A DNA stretch of 64,000 nt, taken from assembly GCF_025526975.1 (NCBI RefSeq), contig NW_026515696.1:62001-126000 (forward strand), in the 5' to 3' direction. A program made the position numbers and the translations under genes. This document shows positions 36,567 through 48,855 of the stretch, piece by piece. This DNA comes from Fimicolochytrium jonesii. Lineage: Eukaryota. The first letter of the stretch is position 1. Every line of letters begins with the position of its first letter. The notes under the pieces were generated by a model. It was given only the letters and a program-made list of their open reading frames with translations, was not told the origin of the DNA and did not search any database.

Positions 36567-38803
36567 TCAAACCCCGGCTCCAACATCCGCACTTCCATCC
36601 CGCAGCACGTCCCCAACCGCTCCCTCCTCCTCCTTCGCCTTCTCCAACCCCCTACCTCCCACCGGCTCACCATGCACCCTGACCCGATAAACACAAGTCC
36701 ACTCCTCATGTCCCCAGTTCCCCTTCACTTTCACCATCACCGCCGGCACGGCCACACCCGTCCTCTCCAAAACCCCCTTTAAGGCCTCAACCACCGTCCC
36801 CGGAACCGCAAACGTGGCCGTCGCAGAAACATGCGGGTTGAATTCCGCGGTGAGGAGGTGTAGGCGCGGCGGTGGGGTGGTGGCGTTGGTGTCGATATCG
36901 GTGTTTGTTGCGTTGGCGGCTGCGGCGGTTTGGAAGGTGCTGGAGGGGTTGTAGATGGCGTACAGTTCGAAATGCCGGAGGGCGGAGATGGATTCGTGAG
37001 AGGTCCAGGATTCTTTGGGCGCGTGTTCGATAGTGAGGGCGGTGGGGATGATGGGACGGATGAGTTGGATTCCGAATTGACCGATGCTGCCTATGAGCGG
37101 AACCGAAACTTATCAGTGAGGGATGCCAGACAATTAATCACACCCGACCGAGAGAGAATGATCTATTCCCACTCCAGAGAGCATATTCTCCTCACCTTTC
37201 ATAGGCCAACAATTCCCCGGCTGCGTCTCCGGCTGCAACAACATCATCGGATCCTTCCCTGGCTTCCTCTTAAACCCGACCAAATCCAAAAACGGCGTCC
37301 CAAAGCCCACCGAGTACGTCATGGATGTCAACTTCGGTATAATCCTACCCCCGCCGCTTCCCAGCGCGTAGTCCGGTGGGAGGAGGTCTTCGCTGTGGCG
37401 GCGTGGGTTGCTAGCAGCTTTATCGATGACTTCTGCGAGGTCGGAGACTCGTTGCGCGAGGCGGGTGTAGTCGTCGCGGAGGTAGAGGATGTCGTGGTCG
37501 ATTTTTGTGTTGATGGTTCTCTCGGTCGCGGTTAGCTCTTCTCGCCACTCGTCCCGCACAGAGTCGATCTTGGTCTCTAAGCGGTTTGCGTTGGTCTCCA
37601 CAGACGACAGCTTCATTCCATGGTCGTCAACCTGAGTCGCAAGTTCTGCTCGCTTCTCCTCTGCAGCCTCCAACTCCCTCCGCACGCGGTCCTGGTCCTC
37701 ATCCCGCGCCTGCCGAATCTCATCCCATCTCTGATCGTGCTCCGCCTGTTTTCGCTCCACAGCCCGCACATTATCCACAACGTTCTCAATAATGCGTTTC
37801 TGATCCGCGACAACCGTGGCAAGCCCCTCATGCTGTGTCTTCAGCCCATCATGCTTCGTTTCCAGACCTTGAACATTCTTCTCCAACCCATCATGCCGCG
37901 TTTCCATCTCCTGAACCCTTGTCTCCAACACCTCAACGCTCCCCTGCACGCGCTCAATCCCACCACTCAACCTCTGATACTCCTGCCCAACCCTCTCCCA
38001 CTCCTGATCCAAAACCTGCTCCCTTGGCGGCAGCGGCAGCGGCAGCGATGGCTTCGTATCAACCACCGGCACCCGAACATAATGCCTCTCCCCCCTCGAC
38101 GGCTGATACTCCCTTAGGAAATAAAACAGTGTGGAAACGATGAGGAAGACGACGATGAGTTTCAGCGCCGCGCGACGTTTGTACATCCATTTCCAGGGCA
38201 GAAGCGCTATTCTCCACAGGAGTCCCAGGATGCTTGCGAAGCCGTCGAAGAGGGTTGTTAGCGGGTGCGGTTGTTCTGTATGCGTGTGAAGAGAAAACAC
38301 ATCAGATCTATGTACCCCCCAACTGCAGCAGTGATGGCTATGCCCGGAACGCACCTATGATGGTATCCTCAGCCGACACCTCGATATTGCTGAATATATC
38401 GTCCGCAGGGTCAAACCTGAACGCTGTGTGGTTACTCCCCGTCGATCCCGCCTTTCGGAACGCCGGTGTCACCGGTGTCTTGACTGCCATTCCAAAAGCC
38501 CCAATCAATATCCCTCTTCTTTCCCCCGTTATCAAGATCACACCCACACATACCAGGCATTGGACTCCCGACATTAACGTTCTCCTCATTCCCCTCATTC
38601 CCCTCCCCAACATCCGTAAAGACACTCGAGGCCCTGCTACTTGTCCCGCGCCGCCTAGCGGACTTGCCCGTGCCGGAGTTGCTGTAGTCGACGCGGGTAA
38701 TACGGGCGCGGAGGGAGCGGGAGGGGGTTTGCAGGGCGTTGTTGACGGGTGAGGGTGAGGGACGCGTGGTGTTCGTCATTCTGTTGGTGGCGTCGCTGAT
38801 CAT
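36567..38803 (-). CDS. SUN-domain (Sad1/UNC-84) inner nuclear membrane protein, multi-exon
   Basis: Hydrophobic segment LKLIVVFLIVSTLFYF, long coiled coil, SUN domain PDYALGSGGGRII..TSMTY..PGNCWPMKG..ALTIEH..VKGNWGHEEWTCVYRVRVHG. Confidence 0.9.
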
Positions 38804-39847
38804 GCCGGTGCTCTGCCGTTTGCTTGCTATCTGAAGGGGTGTATATGTTGGTATGTTGTCTGCGCTTCTCCTGCAATGTGGTGGGTGTTCAATGTTAGAG
38901 GTGCTCGGCAGAGCATGTTCGGCGTGAAAAGGGACGCGTTGTTCAAAGCAAAGACCCCAAGGGCAGAAGGGCTGTCTCTCTGAGCAGCGTCATGCGCTTG
39001 CGGAGGTTGATGCTGATGGATTTCTAAATTCTTCAAATATAAACTCCTGCAGAAGTGCTCACTGCAAGAGGGTGATCTCAACCCAGGACAATCCTTGGCC
39101 TTCATCGATGATGCATGCACATAGCTGTACAACGGAGTGGGTGGTTAGCAGGGGTCGGGGCCAGGGTCGGGGTTCGCTCTGTCGCCCGCGCTCTCTTTCG
39201 GAGAAGGAGAAGGAGGCATCCCCGACAAGGGTGGAGCATTGCGTCGTCAATACAAAGAGGAAAATCTAAGGGTAAGCTTTATGACCAACTTGAACTGGGT
39301 ATCATGGTGCCATCACCTCATTGTTTCCTACGCTAGCCATGAACAAGCGGAAACGAGATGACAAAGAACGAGACAACGAAGAGAACACAGCAGTGGCTGG
39401 AGGTTGGTGTCCATCTCATTGAACTAAGCGGTGGCCGTTCATTGGAAAGCTACGCTACCGCCGTAGGCTGGTATGGTGTGGTGTGGTACCAACGCATTAC
39501 CCAGAGACAACCATTCCGTCAACCATTCCGCCGGAGTCTTTTTGACATTGAGACGACTTGCATGAGGACGTGTGGGCGAGGTCAGAGGCTCACGTTGATT
39601 CAATGCAAAAACATCACTCTTTTTTTTGGTAGAGGGCAAAACGTGGCCCGAACATCTCGGATCATTTGGGGTTGTATCAATCCTTCTCCTAGTGTCCGTT
39701 TCCGTGTAGCATTATCCCTCATTATTTTCTGCCGTTTGCACATACCGTAGATCTCGGTCTGCCTACTCTCTTCATCATTTCTTGCAATCTTTGTATATGT
39801 AGTTCTGTTTTATATCAGAAAACTTTGGGGTTTCATGTCGGAAACTT

Positions 39848-41365
39848 CTAGTGTGCACAACTAAAGGTTGGGAGATTCTGACACCAATTGTCGGATGGAT
39901 TCACCCCAACGGCACCGCCGCCGATCGGCCCGCCCTCGCAAAGCAATTGGAACCGCCATCTATCCGCGCTTGGGCCATCGACCGAAGGGTTGTTGTTTGC
40001 CCGCTCATCCTCTGGCATTTCATCTGCACATCCAACACGCTGAAAGGCATCGACATGGGGCATGTAATTGCCGACCAACGCGAAGTCCTTGAGCGCGGCG
40101 TCGTATGTCGAGATTCCACCAACGAGGAGATTGTTGTCAGATGCCCCGTCCTCTTTCTCGAGTTCGAACATCGGGTGTCACATCGGCACAGGCGGGAACA
40201 AGTCATGTCGGTTCTGCGAAGTTGATAGACGATTAGACAATGCAGTAGCACTCGCGGCTTACGTTCAGCCAGGACCACCGAGGACATGTGACGGGACCGA
40301 GACCCAGCTACTGGAGTATGCATACCTTGCAGGCCATTACGGATTCAAGCGGCAGATAGAGGACATTCAAGTGGCGACCGGCATCAAATGCCAAATGCAA
40401 GAACGGCTCTTTGCAATTGAACTCTTCGACTTTGCGGGTGGGCGTCGTCATACCGAACAGCAGGTCGAGGCGCATCTCACTTGCTGACGGAGGGCAATGT
40501 GTCAATGCATACGTCACCGCTGACACGCATCCGCGGACAGTGGATGGAAAGCTTTTCGGGGGTGGGGGACTCGAACATCTTCGGGATCGCGACTCACCTC
40601 GATTTGCCCGGGTCCCTGATGCCGTGACCGGTGTGATTTGCTCATTGAGAGGGCTAAGCAAACCTTTGCGAGTGAAGACTGCATCGCGCCGTCGGCTGCA
40701 GATCTCGTCGAAACATGCAATCCTTTGTGGATTATTTAGACGACATCTGCAGGTAGCCTTCGGGTTTCGATCCAGATCTTTTTCAAAGGCTCCCATTCTT
40801 CTCCTCGAGAGGCCCCGAACATCCCCTCTGACATCGTCTTCCAGAACGAGATCATTGAAGGGCGGCTGAATTTGAATTCCACTCTAGAAAATGTTGGGAG
40901 GAGAACAAGCCGATCACATACCCGCTGGTGAATGAGCTTACGGCAGTCATGACTTTGTAAATGCAACGTAGCATTCCCCTGGTCATCGCCCATGGCAGAA
41001 GAATCTCTTGGGGTTGGTGGTTTCTTCAATCACAGAGTCAAGGAGTTCGATTAGTTCTCGCGGCCCAACTGGCAGCGGACCCACAATTTCGATCTTATTC
41101 AACGTCTGTGGGGTTAAGCCGAACGATGTATCGGCGAGGAAATCATTCGACGTCCCGGTAAACACTATGCGACAGGTAATGTATTCCCCTGCTACAAACG
41201 ATTCCGGTCAAGGAACCGAAAGCCTGTTGAATGAACAGGCGTGTTGATTAGTCTGCAAACGCCGCTAACAGCGGGAAGAGCAGGAAGACATTGACCTACC
41301 CGGAGAACACTATTGATAGACTCAAGCCCGCCTTGGATTTCCGCCATAATCAAACACCGCAGTTG
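39848..41365 (-). pseudogene. Highly degenerate coding relic, possibly a P-loop NTPase with a nuclease-like C-terminus (Crinkler/RHS-like)
   Basis: Fragments in shifting frames: CLIMAEIQ (Walker-B-like), CRIVFTGTSN (sensor-1-like), KIEIVGPL, GNYMPHVDAF; many stops and frameshifts. Confidence 0.25.
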
Positions 41366-42465
41366 GGAGGTGGACGGGACGGAGGCCGCCGGTGGAGGTC
41401 ATGAGGGGGGCTGCAAGTAGGGGCTATGAGGGTGTGTGAGGTTGGCGTACCTTGTGGAGTTGGGGTAGATAGCTTGGATGGGATCTATTGTGTGTGCGGT
41501 ATTTAGTGGCTTCTTTTTTCGCAGCGTTCGCTCGCATTGATTGCTTAGTAGCTCTGATGACCCTCCGGTGTACTGTACGTATTCTAGTTTGCAACATATG
41601 GATCATAGATGGATCATAGATATCGATGACACGGAGCGTGGGCATTCCTGCCTACATCAGAGGTCGCATTGACCTGACCTGACTTCCACTTCCTGAAGGG
41701 TGACACCGTTGCGGATTCCTTCCACATCATTGTACCTCTGCCTTAGGCGTCGCCGATGATGGCAACTTGTAATCAAACACCAGAATGGCGTCAGAGAATC
41801 GGGTTTATTTGAGTTTCGAGGGAGGAAACCATCGGTCGGGAGGGACACACTCGAGGAACTTACCCCTGCGGCAGACGTGCTATGGTGCGTTCATGATCGT
41901 CGGTGGGCTCAGTTTGCTAATAGCGGACAAGGCCACCAAACCTCCGGACGAAGGCGACCATTTTATCCTCGACGTCTCCAAATGACAAGTCTCCTTGCGG
42001 TACGGCGCTGATTCTTTTGTCGCCGTGAAGTCCATCTGCAGATGTCGGGCTGGCAATACGGTGTCTGTGAACAAGAATTGGTTGAATACTTTCTGTCCTT
42101 TCTCGTGGGAAAAGGGCTGAAAAGGGGGAGTGAGAGAAGAACCGCCTCCCGCACGCGAAGCGAAGGAGTTCGGCCGCCGCCATCTTCCATCTCCACAGAC
42201 GCTCCTATCAGCTCTTTTACACCCACTGCCACTCCCACTCGGTGCTATTCGCTGTCGTCGTGCTTGCTGCCGTCTTCGCTAGCTGTGCTCTCCAGCACCC
42301 ACCCGTCAACCCGGTCACCGTTAACGTCTGCGTCATCGCCGCTTGCAAATTCCCACCGAAACTCCATCATCTCCCATAAAAGGAGAACCACGATAACCAC
42401 TAGCGCAGCATCCCGCCGTACCACACCATCATCTCCCACCACATACCCGACGAAATTTCCAAAGG

Positions 42466-44380
42466 ATGGACATCGACAAACTGAAAAACTACGTGGACGT
42501 GTACAAAATCACGTCCATGGTGAATAAAGTCAAGAACGCCGTCTACAACTACACGGAGTTTGAGATTAAAGTCAGGGATGCGACTAATAATGAGCCTTGT
42601 ATGTGTGATGAAAATCTGGAGGGGTTGCGTTTGATGCGGGAGTTTTGGGAGGGACGGGCTGTCAACTGACTTTTCGCGTATTGTTGTTGTGTTTCTTAGG
42701 GGGTGCTAGTTCCACGCTGATGCAGGAGATTGCTGCTGGAACGCATCATTAGTGAGTAATGTTCAATTAACGGCTCTTGGGATGTTGACATAGGGATGGA
42801 GGGATGGGGTGGGTGTGATGGATAGCAGAGGGCCACGAAAACCTCCTTCGCGGCGCAAGAATGCTCAATCCATCCCTCGTCGTGCCCTGGTCTGCGAACA
42901 TTTTGTTCTCCATTTGCTCTTCCTGACCTATCACTCTGAATTTTGTAGCACGCATTTCAACGAGATTATGGACACCATGTACAGTCGCTTTCAGGAAAAG
43001 ACTGGATCCGAGTGGAGGCAAATTTACAAGGTATATATCCACGGTTTTGGTCGACCGAGTCAACTTCATGACCCCAAAAGAAAGGAAAATCCCAACGCTC
43101 CCTCCCGCACCCAATAGTCCCTCCAACTCCTCGACTACCTGATCAAGAACGGCGCCGAGCGGGTCATCGACGCCGCGCGCGAACGCGTCTACGACCTCAA
43201 AGCCCTGCGCAACTTTCACTTTGTCGACGAAAAGGGCAAAGATCAAGGCATCAACATCCGGCACCGCGCCAAAGAGATCCTTGAATTGCTGAACGACAAC
43301 GAACGTATCAAATCCGAGCGGAAGAAGGCGAAGGAGAATAAACAGAAATACACGGGGATGGCGTCCAACTCGTCGTACAGTTACGGGTCCGGTGGTGAGG
43401 GTGGGGGTGGGTCGGGTAGCCGCTATGGCGGGTTTGGATCGGACAGCTACGGCGGCTCCGGAGGCGGTGGTGGGCCGAGCTATGGAGGTGGAGGGTACGG
43501 CCGCGATGACGCGTATGATAGCCGCGGCGGGTTCCGAGACGAGGACGAGAGAGGCGATTCGGGGAGGAACTCGGATACCTCAAAGTACGATGCGCCCGCC
43601 GCGCCTGCCCCCATCGTCGCGGCACCCAAACCGGCCCCTGTGGTTGATTTGCTGGATATGGGGAACAGCGATTGGACTGCTGCACCCGCCCCCACAAACA
43701 AAAGCCCGGCAACCGCCACCGCCGCGGCCCTCGACGACGATTTCGCAGACTTCCAATCCGCTCCGATCGTCAACTCCCAGAAACCCGCCGGTGCCGCGTT
43801 CAGCAGCACGATTACAAACAACAACGTCCCGTCCCTTTCTGCCTTTCCCACCACCAACAACAACACACAACAACAACAGGGATTCGCAGCCTTCCCTGCC
43901 CCCTCACAGGGTTTCGCCGCCTTCGGAACCGCCCCTACCCCTCAAAAACCGGCTCAAACGGGCCTAGACCTCCTCGGCGGCTTCGGCTCCTCCACCGCCA
44001 CCCACCCCAATTTCAACGCCTTCTCATCCCTCTCCCCCACCACAAACCAAAACAACAACAACTTCCTCCCAACCCCCACGAAAAATAACAGCAGCACCCC
44101 CAACACATCAGGAGACCCCTTCTCAACCCTCGTCTCCCTAGACCCGAACGCCCTCTCCGGGGTTGGCAAACGCGCCGAGCATACCGGGCCGAGCTTGAAT
44201 GCTATTGGAAGGGATAGTAACAGTAATGTTTATGCGCCGCCGACAGTGGGTGGGTTTGCCGCTTTTGGGGGGCCACAGGGGCAGGGACAGCAGGGGTTTT
44301 TTGGGCAGGGGCAGGGACAGCAGCAGCAGCAGCAGCAGCAGCAAGGGCAGGGGTATAGTAACCAGGGGTTGTTGTTTTAG
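42466..44380 (+). CDS. ENT3: ENTH-domain clathrin adaptor (Ent3/epsinR type), 4 exons
   Basis: VKNAVYNYTEFEIKVRDATNNEP|WGASSTLMQEIA..|..EKTGSEWRQIYK|SLQLLDYLIKNGAERV..GKDQGINIRHRAKE; DLL and DDDFADFQSA motifs. Confidence 0.93.
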
Positions 44381-44783
44381 ATGGGTGGTGGTGGGAAGGT
44401 ATGGGGCTGTTGGCGAGGACAGGAAGTCACGGGGACTGAACGGGGGCTGATGATGAGACGTCCCGGTCCCCGCGTCCTCGCGTTGCGCATACCCTCCCAC
44501 TCTGTGTTCTTTACAATCTCGTAGAGTAACTTATGCTGTACCCCGCTTCGGCGGTGAATGGGTCGGTGTTTTGGGGCAGCCTGTGGCTGTTTTTACTGTG
44601 GGTTCCAATAGAGTTGTTCTTTGCCCATACTGTACTGTATATTCACTGTCGGGTAACGAGATCGGTCACGTGCGGGTTAAATGTTGAACACTCGTTCTTA
44701 TGTGGTTCTTATGCCCACTTTCTCCCTTCGCAACTTCTCCGACGCTCACCAACGAAGCATTTCCAGCAAGCTTCCCCATCATC

Positions 44784-45730
44784 ATGACGCTCGCAGCTGA
44801 CCTCGACCTCGACTCTCTACTGGAGAAGGCTACCCGTGCTCTTCAAGAGCGCCAGGCTGCCGTCATGTAAGCACGCAAGTGATGTTTTACAAAGGGACAC
44901 AAGAACCCGTTGACCTCATTCCACTTGCAGCTCCCTCCAAATAGAAAACGAAAAGAACGCCTTAGAAACCGTCAAACTCGACCCAGGGATCCAGCGGAAA
45001 GATATTGTCTACCTCGACAACAATGATAAACGAAGGGGTCCTGTCCGCCTCAACTTGGAGAAGGCGGTGGTGATAGAAACCGAAGTGGAGAAGGACAGCG
45101 CAGGAAAGCCGAAAGACCCTGTTGCGCTGTGCAGGCAGAAGGTGCAGAATGGGCCCGAGAAACTGGTGGTTCAGGCAGCACTGGAGACCCTGCCACCAGC
45201 TTTGGATTGGGATGCGAAGAAGAAGAAGGCGGTAGGTTATGAACCTCTCGTCGTCTGAGAACGAATGATGTATGAGGATGCTTATTCTTGGGCGCTCCAC
45301 CAGATGACAAGGGAGACCTCTGGACCGAAATGGTTTGACATGCCCGCGCCGGAACTGACGGACGAGATCAAACGCGACCTTCATATTCTCAAATCCCGTT
45401 CGGTGCTGGACCCAAAACGGCATTACAAGAAGGGCACCCTGAACAACCCGCCAAAGTTCTTCCAGGTAAGAGCTTCTGTTTCTCTACCACTTCAAGACCC
45501 TAGCTACTTTCGCTAAACATATACCATCTCAGATGGGAACAATCATCCAAGGCCCCACTGAATTCTACTCCAGCCGAATGACGCGCAAAGAACGCCGGGA
45601 CAACATCGTGGAGGAATTGATGGCCGACACGGACTCGCGAGCATATTTCAAGCGCAAGTTCTTAGGCATCCAGGAGGAGAAGGACCAGTTCACAAAGAAG
45701 GGATGGAAGAGGCGGAAGGAGCGGAAGTAA
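44784..45730 (+). CDS. FCF2: rRNA-processing protein Fcf2 (DNTTIP2 homologue), 4 exons
   Basis: TSGPKWFDMPAPELTDEIKRDLHILKSRSVLDPKRHYKK..PKFFQ|MGTIIQGPTEFYSSRMTRKERRDNIVEELMAD. Confidence 0.92.
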
Positions 45731-46230
45731 TGATAAAGGTGCTTTGGAGACGTCGTTGTGCGTATAGATATAGAGTAAATTATTCGTAGGCAATTCAGCG
45801 GGGTCCAGTTGGAGTAGAATCAGTGTACATAGTAAGAATAGGATGTGCTCCGGTCGCAGCTCCCAATTTATTCAGCGCAACAAATGGCTCGTCGGTCGAG
45901 GAGGAGCTTCCCCGATACCATGGTGCACACAAACTGTTGCAGGGCCTTGTCCGAAAGCGCCGGTCCACCTCAGACGCGCCCGTCCTTCATCTGAAGCAAT
46001 ACGAAACACGCGCGTCCTTCCCAGATTCCTTCGCGCAATCCACTCTTTCACTCTTTCAAGGACGAAACGCATCTCACGCCAGTCTTACGATGAATGGCCA
46101 GACGGAGAAGCAGGTTGATTCACAGGAGGGTATCAGACTTATTTAAGCCTGCGCAATGCGGACCCACACGTGATGGAACGCTCTCTCGCTGCTCCTGCTG
46201 CTGCCGCACGCTGGCTGCGGTTCCACCATC

Positions 46231-46413
46231 TGGGAAGGCTGGCCAATGGGAAGGCCACGTCCCTAAGGGTTCCCATTGGCCAATGGGAAGCCTGGCCGAT
46301 GGGAAGCTTGGCCGATGGGAAGGAACGTTAGCCGACGCCAGCCCTTGCGCGCGAAATAACAGGCTTCCGCGCGAAATAACTTACACTTAGGGTTGGTTAC
46401 ATGCGCGAATAAC
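46231..46413. repeat. Short-repeat cluster: 4 x TGGCCRATGGGAAG, a 20-bp perfect palindrome at 46270-46289, 3 x GCGCGAA(A)TAAC
   Basis: Read directly. Confidence 0.8.
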
Positions 46414-46687
46414 AGCCCAAAGAAGTCCACGGATCTGGAGTCTTTTCTGGCCTCGTGCTCGACAGCGGCTTAGGTGAGCTGTCAGATCTGAACTCAGCTT
46501 TAAATGAACCGTGACCTCTTCGGCTGCCAAGATGTCAGTGTCCACTGCGCGCACGCCCAAAGAGGCGGGAGAGCAGATGGAGAGAAACCCTCCGGAAGAT
46601 GAGGGTGGCGAGATGCGGCCAAAAAATGAATTTTATAATGCAACAAAGTGATACAGTACAATGCGTTGTTGAGATAGTGTCCTTTAA

Positions 46688-48025
46688 TCAAAAAAGGCGT
46701 CCTTCGATCGTTTCAGATTGCACCGACCCGAAAGCCATCTCCGAATTATGACGAAAGTAAGAGGCAAAAGCTTCACGGTAACCCGGGAAGTTAGTGTACC
46801 GGATGCCATACTTGCGACACAGCCGTTGCACAATGGGCTGTATCGCCGCGTAATGACACATGTTCACGGTGGGGAAGAGGTGGTGCTCAATCTGGTTGCA
46901 CAGGCCGCCGGAAAGGATGAGATAAAAGAGCGTGGGCGAGCCAAAGTTTTGCGAGGTGAGCACTTGGTGCTCGTACCAGCCGCGGTGTCTGGCGCGGATG
47001 GCGTCGTGGCCGAGGTGGGTCAGCTGGGAGTTTGCCATGAAGAGCAGCGAGACCATCAGCCATGGCACGACGGCGAACGCGAGCCTGTACCAGAGGGAGT
47101 GCCGGTGCAGTAGCGCGAACGGCCATCCGAGCATAGTGACAAACGTCATTATGCGCGTCGCCAGATGAGCGGACCAACGGGCCGCCGAGAGGGGCGGCAG
47201 AGGGACAACTTCGTTGTACATGCGGGTGCGGTGCATACGTTTCTCGTTCTCGTAGGTGAGGCCGGCAACGAGGGCGACGGCCCACGCGGTGATGACATTG
47301 CACACATTGGCCTGCCACAAATATGCCTTCTCCCACGGCGTATCGGGGTGGTACCGCCAGACGTGCGGTGCGTGTAGGACGTCAGGGTCGCGGTGGGATA
47401 GGTTGGTATAGGCATGATGCCCGACAACGTGCTGTATTTGCCAGGACAGCGGCGAGCTGCAAAAGGGGAAGAAGTAGGATAGGAACTGATCCAGCCGCGG
47501 CCATGGTGACAGAGCAAAGTGCGTCGTCTCGTGGAATGTCGAGAAACCAAAGATAAAGGCCATGACCGGTGCGGCGAACAATCCCCACAGGGTCCCCTTT
47601 ATCAACTGCGACACTGCTGCGATATACAAGACGCCCAGTGTCCCCCACATCCACCACCGCGGAGGTGTCGCTTTGATGGCGTGCCGCACGCTGATTCCCC
47701 TTGACCGGGCGAGTTGCTGAAAGTAGGTGCGGACTTCGCTTTTGACCTCCCGGGAGAAGGGCGTCTCCGTCCAGTCAAAGTCGTCGCTGGCAGTGTCGAT
47801 CCCAGCTGCCTCTTCCAAGGTCTGCATGTCCTGGTTGGCCATGCGGTGCCGGGCGAGGACGGTGTCAATGTAGACGCGGTTCATGAGCGTGTGGTGGCTT
47901 TCGAACATGGCGGTCGCATCACGGCCAGACGCCAGCAGGAGGTTCCGGGTTCCGCCGGGGTGCACTGCGGCAAAATGCTCCAGGTTGTACCAGACGCCAT
48001 GGATGCGGACGCACAGGGACGGCAT
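46688..48025 (-). CDS. Front-end fatty acid desaturase with N-terminal cytochrome b5 domain (delta-5/delta-4-like), intronless, 445 aa
   Basis: Cyt-b5 HPGG..GRDATAMFESHH; His boxes HETTH, HVVGHH, QIEHHLFP. Confidence 0.93.
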   Translation of the reverse strand: MPSLCVRIHGVWYNLEHFAAVHPGGTRNLLLASGRDATAMFESHHTLMNRVYIDTVLARHRMANQDMQTLEEAAGIDTASDDFDWTETPFSREVKSEVRTYFQQLARSRGISVRHAIKATPPRWWMWGTLGVLYIAAVSQLIKGTLWGLFAAPVMAFIFGFSTFHETTHFALSPWPRLDQFLSYFFPFCSSPLSWQIQHVVGHHAYTNLSHRDPDVLHAPHVWRYHPDTPWEKAYLWQANVCNVITAWAVALVAGLTYENEKRMHRTRMYNEVVPLPPLSAARWSAHLATRIMTFVTMLGWPFALLHRHSLWYRLAFAVVPWLMVSLLFMANSQLTHLGHDAIRARHRGWYEHQVLTSQNFGSPTLFYLILSGGLCNQIEHHLFPTVNMCHYAAIQPIVQRLCRKYGIRYTNFPGYREAFASYFRHNSEMAFGSVQSETIEGRLF

Positions 48026-48228
48026 ACCTGTGGGAGGTTGGCAAGCAGGCAGGGTGGAGGGAGAAGGTCTTCTTCACCCTCGTCGTTTAAGAGTGATGAG
48101 ACAGTCAGTGGATATGACCCCACCCGGGATGGATGGTGTACACGGCGGATCACCGGGCGCCAAGCGGAGTCAGGAGGCCCTGCATCCGATGAAGCTTGTG
48201 GACTGACAGTATGACAGGTATGCCGTCA

Positions 48229-48248
48229 TAACCCTAACCCTAACCCTA
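48229..48248. promoter_or_regulatory. (TAACCC)3 tract about 200 bp upstream of the desaturase ATG
   Basis: taaccctaaccctaacccta read directly; function is inferred. Confidence 0.55.
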
Positions 48249-48855
48249 TAAGCTCACCCACGTTCCGGTGACGCGCGCGGCTTCCATGTGAAAATGTCCA
48301 GCACGGCACCCTTACATGTATGGAGGTTGTAACCAAAGATAGAGAGCAATATGCGATTGTCATAGAGCCGACTCGAGCGATCCTTCGAAAGCGTACCCGT
48401 CTACCTCCCGTTTCCTTCACCACCACCACCACCGGAGCACCGAAACAGCATGGATGCCGAATCTCCTTTCGACGTTTACAAAAAGTACATCCCTGAGCGA
48501 GATCGCAAATACTTTCCCGTCTATGACCCGGAGGACGAACCGCGTGTCATTGAAGAAGCGACACAGATAAGGAAGGACTAGATCATGCTCTCACCCCATA
48601 CGAATCTGAGGTCGTCGGCATAGCCATCGGCGACCAACATGGGAAAACACCAAATGTCTCAAAATGCTTGGCAAAACACGCGGAGACCTGGCGGAGGGGA
48701 CCATCACCCGGCTAGACTTTGCGACGGAGACGATCAATGAGGAGAGCAAGGGAACGCTCGGGTCGGGTCTTTGTCCATGCCTCTTCGTACTTCATCTTCA
48801 TCATAGCCGCAGTCGCCGTCTCCATCTTCATCTTGAGCTCCTCCGCGTCCCATCG

